Below are positions 52,982 through 64,000 of a stretch of DNA of 64,000 bases, in pieces. Positions within the stretch are counted from its first letter, which is position 1. The number at the start of each line of letters is the position of its first letter. The stretch covers positions 37,324,001 to 37,388,000 of the forward strand of contig OX597817.1 of the NCBI GenBank assembly GCA_951406725.2, given 5' to 3'. Under the pieces are notes generated by a model. It saw only the letters and a list, made by a program, of their open reading frames with translations. It was not told where the DNA came from and searched no databases. The translations under genes were made by a program, and so were the position numbers. Origin of the DNA: Octopus vulgaris (Eukaryota).

Positions 52982-53592
52982 TACATGTGAGTTCTCTAGA
53001 CATCCTAGTGGTTGAGGCTATACTCATGAAGTAATGTAGATAATTAAGTAACATAAACAGATTTCAAAAGTTCATTAAAGTTCTTTAAAGATGATGTACA
53101 GTCTTATCACAGAATTTTAAAAAAGTCCTAATAGCATCACAGAGAAAGTGACCTAATCCATAGTGCACATATGAATTTCCAGAGATATGATGAGGGATTA
53201 CATACTCACAGAAGACAAATTTATCCATTGTTAATTACAACGAGGTGGGTTTCAATTCCTGCTTATTAGCATTACAGAGAGGGTGAATTAATCCTCTCTG
53301 TAATGCTAATAAGCAGGAATTGAAACCCACCTCGTTGTAATTAACAATGGATAAATTTGTCTTCTGTGAGTATGTAATCCCTCATCATATCTCTGGAAAT
53401 TCATATGTGCACTATGGATTAGGTCACTTTCTCTGTGATGCTATTAAGACTTTTTAAAATTCTGTGATAAGACTGTACATCATCTTTAAAGAACTTTAAT
53501 GAACTTTTGAAATCTGTTTATGTTACTTAATTATCTACATTACTTCATGAGTATAGCCTCAACCACTAGGATGTCTAGAGAACTCACATGTA

Positions 53593-53686
53593 TTTTTAGC
53601 TGATGAGTACAGGGACACGTTTATATGCTGTAATTTTTGCAACTTTTAATAAAACCTGTCCTTGTATGAAACGATTGTACTAAAAA
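53593..53686 (+). ncRNA. Minimal type-I hammerhead ribozyme motif with extended stem II
   Basis: Stem I TTTTTAG/CTAAAAA; core CTGATGA (53600-53606); 11-bp stem II GTACAGGGACA/TGTCCTTGTAT; GAAA (53668-53671); C-GATT-G; GUA site with predicted cut after 53679. Confidence 0.85.
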
Positions 53687-53828
53687 CCTATCCATTCTTG
53701 TTGCTTCATTCTCGCTTATAATCACCCCACATTACTGTATTGTTAAATCAGTATAGTTTTTTTTGGTGCATCTAAGTTAGGTACCATATTCAAGTAAATT
53801 CATTTAAATTAACTTGAATCTTTATTGC

Positions 53829-53928
53829 NNNNNNNNNNNNNNNNNNNNNNNNNNNNNNNNNNNNNNNNNNNNNNNNNNNNNNNNNNNNNNNNNNNNNNNN
53901 NNNNNNNNNNNNNNNNNNNNNNNNNNNN
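53829..53928. other. Assembly gap (100 N)
   Basis: Run of n characters. Confidence 1.
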
Positions 53929-54057
53929 TCAGCCGAAATTACTACGATGATCCGGTTCTTGACTGAAGACTGAGGGTTTCGAATGTCCTGTCCGTGTTTA
54001 TTGTATCGTCTTCTAAGAGTTATACGTTCTTGTCCATGTTGTATTTTTCTACATACC

Positions 54058-54097
<40 letters not shown>

Positions 54098-55051
54098 ATA
54101 TGTATATGCATCTATCTATATATATATGTGTATAAGTGTGTCACATAATATGTAGTTTGTAAGTATGTGTGCGCGTATGAGTATATGTGTACACACACAC
54201 ACGTGTATATATATGGGCAGTAGTAGTATAGGTATATATATGGATGCGCGTGCGTGTGTGCACGTGTATGGGTACGCATAATATCATGTGCTGTTGTATT
54301 TGCGTATACGTGTATCAGTGTGTGTGTATGTGTGAGTGTGTATGTATATATATTCATATATATATATATATGTATACATACATATAGAGTGTCACAGTAT
54401 AACTGCAATAGGGTAAGTATGGATGTACATGTATGTATGTAGGGGTCACGATGTCATGTGTGTAATAATGTGTGGAAGACTAGATATATATGGTTGCTGT
54501 GAATATATGTTTGTGTATGTATATATATGTGTAGTGTGTGGGTATATGTATAAAAAGTATGTGTATGTATGTGTGAATGTGTGTGATATATAGAAACATA
54601 TATAATAGGTGCAACATGTGAAAGGAGTTGGATGTGTAAAATGGAAAACGTTATGCACGAAATATATAAAAGTAAATAAATACATGTATACAGTTTGCTT
54701 ACTCTAAAGTGTAGGCTCCAATCTGTGAAATCCAGTACGTATGTGTATATAAATGTGTGTCCAGTATGTGTGTGTGTGAATATAACGCGGGAACAGTATG
54801 TGGGTGAATGTTTGTGCTAATGAGTGTGTTGCGGTCTGTAGTATGTATCTAGTAGACAGACAAATGGACATGCAGCCATTGCCAGGATTCTATATATAAC
54901 AAATATGTATATATATGATATATATATATATATATATATAATATATATATATGATATATATATATAATATATATATAAATATATATATGATATATATATA
55001 ATATATATATATGATATATATATATGATATATATATATAATATATATATGA

Positions 55052-55097
<46 letters not shown>

Positions 55098-55118
55098 TTT
55101 ATATATATGTATATATCT

Positions 55119-55291
55119 ATGTCTGTGTTTGTCCCCACACCCGCCATTACTTGACAACCGATGCCGGTGTGTTTATGTCCCCCGTAACTTAGCGGTTCGG
55201 CAAAAGACACCAATAGAATAAGTACTAGGCTTGCAAACAATAAATCCTGGGGTCAATTTCTCCGACTAACCCCCTTTAAATCGGTGCTCCA
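55119..55291 (+). mobile_element. SINE family B, 3' half
   Basis: cttgacaaccgatgccggtgtgttta...cgtaacttagcggttcggcaaaaga...aataagtactaggctt. Confidence 0.85.
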
Positions 55292-55316
55292 ACTTCCACA
55301 AATTTTCAGCAGTCTT

Positions 55317-56700
55317 TCAAGTGCTTAGAACCTTCCTGGTAATCATTGCTGTCCCTAAGAGACAAACTTTATGTAGGAGCTCTACCGAGCATTCTATTTC
55401 AGTCTCTTTCAGCCATTTGTCTATATCTTTGCTTTCTGTCCCACATGCACCAATTATATATGCACTTCCTATTTCAAATTTTAAGGGAATGTACTTTTTT
55501 CTTCCTCTTTCTTTACAATCCAACACTCAAACGTGCATGATGGGTCGATTAGTAAACAACTTCGCTTTTCCTTATGTATAATCGTTAAGTCTGGTGTATT
55601 ATTTTCTAACTTTTTCTCCGTTTGAATTGGAAAGTCCCAGAAAATCTTACATTTCTCCGACTCCAATACTCTTTCGACTCGATGATTGTACCATGTGTTT
55701 CCAGCTTCAAATCCCCATTTTTGGCACAGTTTCCAGTGTAAAACTTTTACAACCTGGATTACTTCCATTTCTTATATTCTTTCTGTGCCAACTTGGGGCA
55801 TTCTATCACAAGGCGTGCCACTGACTCGTTCCAAGTTCCACAGGCTCTACATTTTTCTGATACATTTTCACCATATATATATCTTCTCAAGTTGTTTGTT
55901 TCTTTTCTTTTTCAACCAAGCCCAGGATTTTGTTCCACATATGTCTTCAGTGGCTCTCCAAAATTGGCCATGCAGCGCTTTCTCTTCGATCTGTCTGACA
56001 TGATCTCTTTGTATTTTATTTTTGTCCTTTTTTCCTTTTACGCATTTCATCACCTGTTCTTTATTAACTATCTTTAGTAGTTTTCCTGTGCTGCTCTGCA
56101 AATACTCTACTAGACTTTTTCTTTCTATTTGTACACATTATCCTACTGTTATTAAGCCTCTTCCAACTACAGCCTGTTGATATCAGCTTTCGGATGGTGC
56201 GTCCATACATCGTCAACAACTTTCTAGTTTTTCTGACAAGTTTCTTTATATCGTTTTTGGTCCAGTCTATAATTCCAACTCCATATTTGATTAAGGGTAC
56301 TACACATGAATTTATTGCTCCAATAAGACTTTTGGAATTCAGTTTTGACTGCAATAACTTTCTTACTCTCCTTGTGTATTCCCCACTGGTAATTTGTTTC
56401 ATTTCTTCATTTTTTTATCTCGTCTGATTCCAGATTTCCCAAGTACCTATATTACTGTCCTTTCTCAACCGCTCCCATTTGGCATTTCAATTCCCTGGCT
56501 TCTTTCAAATCTTCCTCGTTTCATTTTCAATATAGGGCACTTTTCTATCCTAAATTCCATACCTTCGTCATTTGTGAAATTGCGGATAGTATGTATTGTA
56601 CAAGGCTTCCAAGCTGTTTCTCATTTTTCTCATAAACTTCTATACCATCCATGAAAAGGAAATAATTTATCTGACCATTTCCTTTTCCCAAAATTAATAA
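55317..56700 (-). mobile_element. Decayed R4/Dong-type non-LTR retrotransposon (RT plus restriction-like endonuclease)
   Basis: Frameshifted pieces: INYFLFMDG (decayed LFMDD RT motif, ~56650); YTRRVRKLLQSKLNSKSLIGAINSCVVPLIKYGVGIIDWT; KALHGQFWR; LHWKLC..WY.H...VLESEKCKIFWDFPIQT..LENNTPDL...LLID (PD..D nuclease); IIGACGT...CLLGTAMITRKVLST*. Confidence 0.88.
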
Positions 56701-57134
56701 AACTCCTGAAGTTTATAAAATGGATGAGAATATTCTAAGAATACTGTGTATTATCAGTGAGTAACTATCTCGCTTAGGTGGACTAACATTGGATTGTCAC
56801 GGTTCACGTGCGTCTCACCTGCTAATATAAGTGTATGATTATGTATGCGCGTGAACGTGTGCGTTATAAGTATGCAATGTAAAACCATTTAAATTAATGA
56901 TTTAGAAAGTCATAAAGAGATTTCTCAAGAGAAGTGATGAGACTTGTGGTATATCAAGTATGACAATAATCACCTTGCATTCTGAGTAAATGCTTTCTCT
57001 CACGCCTTTCTTCTTTCTCACTCTCTTTCATGAATACGCCCACGTTTGATCAATCACTCACACTTATGTTTCGTACCATATACCTGAGAGTTGAACTTCT
57101 CTCCACTCTCTCTCTATCTTTCTCTATCTCTATC

Positions 57135-57165
<31 letters not shown>

Positions 57166-58196
57166 CTATTTATCTATCTATCTCGTCCACTCCTTGTGCC
57201 ATTTATTACCTTCCAACTTGAAAGAATACTGAAAGAAAGTGATGAATGCTTTTAGTCTTTCTTTTTTTCTTCTTTAGCACAGTCATAGACGAATGTACAT
57301 CAAAATAATTTATATTTTTACTTTCAATCACATAAATCAGAATTACAAGAATAACTATTCAGAAATAATTTATCAAGTTGATAAATAATCCAAAGGATGC
57401 TAACAATCAGAATACAATATGCTTTCATATTTCTCATTGCCTATTGGGTATTTAAATCCTGATAAATCACTTCGTATATCGTCAATAGTATTAGAATAGT
57501 TATTCACCAAACACTTGGGAAGTTTTCGACTGTATGTTTTATTGGTGTTCTAAACAATTCAGATAACCAAATCTCTCTCCTTTGTCACTTCTCTCTATTC
57601 TCCTTTATTTCGTTTTATCTCCTCGTATTTCGAGGATAATATTTCAGCATGTTACAATGATTTATCAAAGCTATTTCACTTTTTCTTTATATATTAATCT
57701 ATCATCCAGTTTACTCTTCACTGCATTTCATCCGACAATCTATTCCTTTCACTTCTTTCGTTTGCTTCATTCTCACTCGACTGTCATTTTCTTTTGCAAT
57801 AAGGATTCCATTTTATTTCTTTTCCCTATCATTTTATCTTTCTTTTCCTTATTTCTTTTGATATTTGTATCCTATATATAGAAACAGTTCAAAGTTTTCT
57901 GGGCTAATCCACAGCAGCTGGTGAAATAACAGGATTTATAAGTATCCATTTTTTAATCCTTTTGCTCAATATTCTATGATGTTTGTTACTTTGTTATACG
58001 TTTAGAATTTGATTTTGGCTAAATACTTTCCCTCTCTACGGATTATAAGCGAGTAAATACATTAGGAATAACTTAGCATAAATCTTTTACGAGGAAGCAA
58101 GTTTATGAAAATTACACCTTCGATATTTACGTTCTCTTTGTCACCTGAATATATATCAAGGTCACATAACATTTTAAAGATTATACTTACGCACAT

Positions 58197-58252
<56 letters not shown>

Positions 58253-58315
58253 CATATATATATATGTCCATATATATATATATATATGTATGTATGTGTG
58301 TGGGTGTGTGTGTGA

Positions 58316-58670
58316 GGAAAAAAAAGTCAAGATAGAAAATGCTAAAATAATTTTATAAAAAACATTTCAGTATCGGTTTCAGTCATTGAGACTTTTTCAA
58401 CTTTAAGTATGGAAAACAACTAAATTGTTTTCTCTCATATTTACTCTTGTAAACACAAGAGTAAACAAGAGAGACAGAGACAGGCAGAAACAAGGAAAAT
58501 GCCCCTTGTAGTTGAACACTATACAAATATTCTTTTAAAAAAAATGCTTTTTAATTTTTCTAAAATTTGATTGTTTTCCATACTTAAACTTGAAAATTTC
58601 AATGACTGAATCCGGTACTGAAATGCCTTTTATAAAATTATTTTAGCATTTTCTATCTTGACTTTTTTCC
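58316..58670. mobile_element. Fold-back element with ~110-bp inverted arms, each with a hammerhead-like remnant
   Basis: 58316-58426 pairs with 58564-58670; arm consensus TTGAAAA-AGTC(tcaat)GACT-GAAACCGGTA. Confidence 0.75.
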
Positions 58671-58708
58671 ATATTATATCATCTCGTGTGTTTCTTTCCA
58701 ACCTTCAA

Positions 58709-58817
<109 letters not shown>

Positions 58818-59499
58818 CGAGAGAGAGACAGACCGTAAAACAAGTAAGGAATTGTTGTGATACCAAAACCCCATTTTTTACTTATTTTATACTCAGTTTC
58901 TATTGAAGAAATTTTTCTTCCAATATCTGACACCCTGAGGTAAAGGGCTTAGATTTCTGGATTCCTTGTGTGCGTGTGTGAGCGCGTGTGTGTACATTTA
59001 TATTCCTTTCCTCCACAATATCATACACACACACAAACACATACCAGGCAGAGAACTTCGGTATGGGTAACACTGGAAACAAACAGCAGTTAAATCTCCA
59101 TCAGATCATACACTATCATTTTAGAAATGGGAACAATACACAGCATAATGTAGTCCTACGCAGCCTTTAAAGGAATGTTTAGTCATTGCTACAAGGGCTT
59201 GATCATAGATGTACACAGAATAAACCTCGCACCAACGCTTTCTATTACAGGGACGAAACCTGAAATTTTGCTGGTCGATTACATTGACCCCCGTGTTCAA
59301 TTGGTAACTTATTTATTTGACCTCGAAAGGATGAAAGGCAAAATCGACATCGGCAGAATTTGATCTCAGAAGGTAAAAAAAAACGGAAGAAATGCTCCTA
59401 TGTATATTTCCCTACAGGCTAAACGCAATCCTGCCACATTTATCAACCACACACCTTACCTTGCTCTTCATAACTATATCTTCTAATGACCATCTTGTC

Positions 59500-59830
59500 C
59501 TACAAGGCTAGTGCTGTCATCACCACGATCACCACATCGCCAACTACTACCATCACCGCTACCACCAACGCTTCCATCATCACCACCTCTACAACCACCA
59601 GCATATCTCGCCACCGCCACCACCACAACTATCACTAGGACTACTATGTCCACCGTCATCGTACTCACTACTACAACCACCACACTACCACTATTACCAC
59701 CACTACCATTACTAACACTATCACGATAACAACCGACGATCAGCAGCAGAACTAACAACGACAACATCACCACCAAGAGCACTACCACCACAAACAACAA
59801 CAACAACAGCAACACCAAAAACACTTTGCA
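59500..59830. repeat. Degenerate (CAC/CAA/CTA)n low-complexity tract
   Basis: Trinucleotide-derived sequence; explains the Thr/Pro/Val-rich ORFs. Confidence 0.8.
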
Positions 59831-61274
59831 TCATCACGATTAGTAAAAGAAGGATGATGATTGTCAACGGTGCATACCCCTTGTGGCTTCGTCGAAATAA
59901 CCACCACCATCAACATAATTATCATCATCGTCAACATCGTTACTTCAAACATTATCATTAATCGTTACCATACGGCTCTGACTACCACGATCATCAGTTT
60001 GCTTCCTCACCGTTGAGATACAACCTTCGCCAACACCAGTAGCAGTCATAAAATTCTATCGCCATCACTACCCGGCCTGTCTTCCATTATCATCATCCTT
60101 GCTTTTAATTTGCTTAAATTCCTCTCTCGTCGTCGTCTCCTCTTCCTCATTTCATACCATTCGATGCTCCACGCCTCCTGCTGCTACATTAAACCCTCTT
60201 ACGGCTGCTTGTCTTTCAAGTACCATTTCGGAAGTTCATTCGCTTCGGTGAATATTTTTTTTCCAATTGTGTACTCATTAACTGAAGCCTGGTAAATTGA
60301 ATTTCATCAATTCTAATTAAAGAGCTATTCTTTCATAACACTTGTTGCCTCATTCTTCATCTATAAAATGACATCCCATTAAACTCTTCCTTCATAACAT
60401 GACATTTCTTCCTCTTAGTTGCAGAACTTCTCCTCGCTCTAAACCTAATATTACCTTCGTTTGATTAGTTACAGAGCAAGCAATTCCATCAAAGAATAAA
60501 ACTAAACAAAACAAAATAAAACAAAACAAAATATACGTAAACGAAAACGGGTATAATTTAATTTTAATCCTTTTGAGAATCGAAACCGGGTTGTCTCACA
60601 CCAACCCTTTGTTGCTTGCGTTTGACCCAACGATCGAGCAATCCCACAAAAGCTCCCGCATTGGCTCGAGAGAAGCTGTAGCAATAAGAGGGGCAACTGA
60701 AGGAGATGCTGAAAATGGTGGTTGTGGTGTTTTGTTGGTGGTGATGGTTGCGGTGACGGCAGCAATGGCGATGGGGATGGCATTGGCGGTGGTGATGGTG
60801 GTGGTATCAATTGTTGTAATGTGATGTGGTAGCGATAGCGGTGATGATACAGACAACTAACATCCGGTTTGCTAAAATGACCACTTGGTCAATTATTTTA
60901 CGTAATATTCTTATTGCATTCAAATCTATATAATATGTGCGTGTGCGTGTTTGTGTGTGTGTGCGTGTGTAATAGCATCCCATTCTATTTAAGGTGATAT
61001 GCGAAATCCCACCGACCACAAGATTATCAATATCAAAATATTCTCTGTTCAACCATTTCTTTATTTCTTAGTTTCGATTTATGTACAAAAATCATTAAGA
61101 GCCAATCGAAAACAATAACGCTGATGTCTGGGCTTTTATGGTGTTTATATAAATTCTAGCGTCAGCCAAATTCAACCTCCGTAAGTACATCTAGTTACAC
61201 GACATTAAAATTGAAGCACACGTGTTGAAGTGTATGCCAGCTACAATTTTCTTTTTACCGACCTACCTATCCAA

Positions 61275-61309
<35 letters not shown>

Positions 61310-61613
61310 ATCACGATAAAATTGTAGTTGGCATGTTGTTAGGCTTGCGTGTTCCGACGTCGGTGTCATGTTGTTCGGAGTGTGATTTGTTCTAATTTTG
61401 CTATTAAATCTCATTCGTCAGGACAGAACATAAATCCCGTGGTTACTAATTTGCTGCTGATATTGCGTCTCTGCAAATATTATATACTTTTTCACATCCT
61501 CATTTCTGAGTTGCTGCGTGTATAGAAACAAGAATTTCTACATGCCATATATATACATACATACATACATACATACATACATACATACATACATACATAC
61601 ATACATACATACG

Positions 61614-61661
<48 letters not shown>

Positions 61662-64000
61662 AATATATATAAGTATATATATAATTATTTAGAGATACAG
61701 ATAGACAGACAAGCATATATATATATATGTATATGTATGTACATGTATGTATATGTATGTATATATATATGTATATGTATGTATATATGTGTATGTATAT
61801 AAAAATATGTATATGTATGTATATATGTGTATGTATATAAAAATACATATATGTATGTATATATATATGTATACGTATATATATATGTGTGTGTGTTTAT
61901 GTGCGTGTAACTAAATTAAATTAAATCGAATATATATTTCAATTTATTATTTCTTTTTTCGTTGATAACAATTTCACTTTTATCAGTTTTTGCTCAATAT
62001 AAACTAACAAATCTGATAGATGTTCGTCGGTTAATATACCTTTTTATCTCACCCGTTAGACCAGTTTTTATAGAAAAATAATGACTGGCATGAATTATCT
62101 AGTAGCGCCATATTCATCAGAGAGCGTTAAGTTTGTTAATTTAGTTAGTAAAAAAAAAAAATTTATTATTTGAAATTACTGTAGCAATCAGCATATATAA
62201 AGATTAGGTTCAATGATTAATGTTAATTAAATCTTGTCATGATAAAATAAAGGTGACTCCGAAATTTTAATTTATAGATTTTTTTTTTATTTTTTCTAAT
62301 TTTGAGGCTAGGAAGCTTGTCGATTATATCGCTCGCAATATTTAAGTGGTACTTATTTTATCGACCTTGAAAAGATGAAAATCAAAGACAACTTTGGCGG
62401 AATTTGAACAGAAAACGTAAAGAATCGGAGGAAATGCCGATAAGCATTTTTTTTTGACTCGGTAACGATTCTGCCACCTCACCATCTTTGAAATTTAAAT
62501 TTTCAAATTAGGTATGCATTGAGATGATGGAAAACATTAGCTCGTGGACTAATTTTAATTTAACGAATATTTGCAGGTGCTATGGTTACTGAGGAAATGC
62601 ATCACTTTTATTAGGCTTAACTCAATAAAGCATATCTTTATCCTTTTCCAGTACTTGCTAAACTTCATGACAGATGTCACTGTGTATATGTACAAGTCAT
62701 GCACACAGGTTGTCAAGACAACTATGATTTCCAAAAGTACCTCGAGACTCCCTCAGCATGTGACATTAGTAATGTAATTACATTTTAAAAGATATTTTCC
62801 CATTGCATCAAGTGTGATAGCAATCATTAAATTATTGAAAAATGGATCAACGATTTTTTAATGCTTTAGATTTTATATAAATATTTATTTTGTCATATAG
62901 TTGTGTTTACAATGTAAACTAACAGTTCAAATATGTCCGGACGCTATTTGAACTTTTAAAAGCTTTTCACTGCTGTTTCTCCTGCATAAATCAAAAAGGT
63001 TGTTAAAGCACTGTAATCAGCTCAGAGTATTCTCTATTGGTTTGATGAATGTATTTCGAAAGAGTTTCTTCTCTTCGGTGTTAGACACCAAGAGAGAAAA
63101 CTCTTCGCTGATTAGGAGGCCAAACTTTCTTTGTCTTAAGTGGGTATACTTTCCTTCACTGTTTCGCGCAGCTTCTTACGTACTTGTCTTTGCTACATTT
63201 TTAGAGGACTAGTCTACACATTAAAGTAAAAAGTAAACGGATCTTCCATCGATTTTTACTACGGGTATTCCAGGCTTTCGATCGTTTGAAATCCTTTGCA
63301 TTATCATATATGTGGCTGAGTATTCAACAGTCATATATAGTCTTAACGTAATCCGCGGCCAAGATCATCGTAACACAAGATCATCGTACATGACGAAGCT
63401 GGTCTTTGAATTACTGTCTATATGATAGCCTTCCACATGGTTTTTGTCTGCCCAATTTTATTCACAAAGCTCTGAGTGACTTCGGTCTAAGGTAGACGAC
63501 ACTTGTCCAAGATACTACACAGTAGAATCAAATCGTGTTGAGATATTCCAAAGTTATAGACAATATATTATGCACTAATAATTTACATAACTGTTTAACC
63601 GGTAGCCAGCTCTGATCGAACAGATCTACGATCAAAGCCATTCTGGCCTAAGCAAGTAGGTGCTTGCTCATCTTGAATAACACAGAATAGTGTAGAGACT
63701 AATGGGGAAAGCTATACAAAGTAATACGAAAAAGTAATCACCTTTCTTTTACAATGTCTTGTCCAGATTCTGTCATTACATGAAAAGAAAACCGCTTTTT
63801 ATTTTGCATCGCGGTCAAAGAATCATCTTTGAGTAAATGTTTATTGTTGAAAACTGAATCAAACGGCTAAATCTTCAATAATAATAATGACGATGGTGTT
63901 GATATAATTTTTAAGCAAGGGTTGACTAAAAGATCAAGGACAGTACAGCCGGATACAATGTGTAAATACATGAAAAGCGTGTAAAAAAAGGGAAATGGCA

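Larger units (their letters stand above)
52855..53720. repeat. ~866-bp near-perfect palindrome (428-bp arms, ~10-nt loop)
   Basis: 52855-53282 is the reverse complement of 53293-53720; by eye two 1-bp indels and one substitution; loop gtgaattaat. Confidence 0.93.

Noticed and set aside
61234-61334. 17-bp inverted repeat around a (TA)n tract
   Set aside because: No TSD or second copy in the window; cannot be called a MITE.

Overview
AT-rich, microsatellite-saturated animal non-coding DNA. The SINE repertoire and (TA)n/(CA)n density suggest a coleoid cephalopod, probably Octopus; this is inference, not verified. No host protein-coding gene can be supported, and most listed ORFs are translations of simple repeats. 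The recognisable content is mobile DNA. It includes a decayed Tc1/mariner (DD37D/maT-like) element, a two-headed mariner derivative, Tc1-type MITEs and a non-autonomous Helitron. It also includes fragments of CR1-, RTE- and R4/Dong-type LINEs, at least four tRNA-derived SINE families, a 5'-truncated tRNA-Gly(GCC) copy and a 100-N gap. The most striking signal is a set of minimal type-I hammerhead ribozyme motifs of the kind known from Penelope-like elements, lying in non-coding, often fold-back elements next to (TA)n tracts. One with an intact core sits at the apex of a ~155-bp rod-like hairpin (42447-42521). A pair sits in the arms of an ~866-bp near-perfect palindrome (52889-52981 and 53593-53686). 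Several variant or decayed copies occur elsewhere. All folds and alignments were read by eye.
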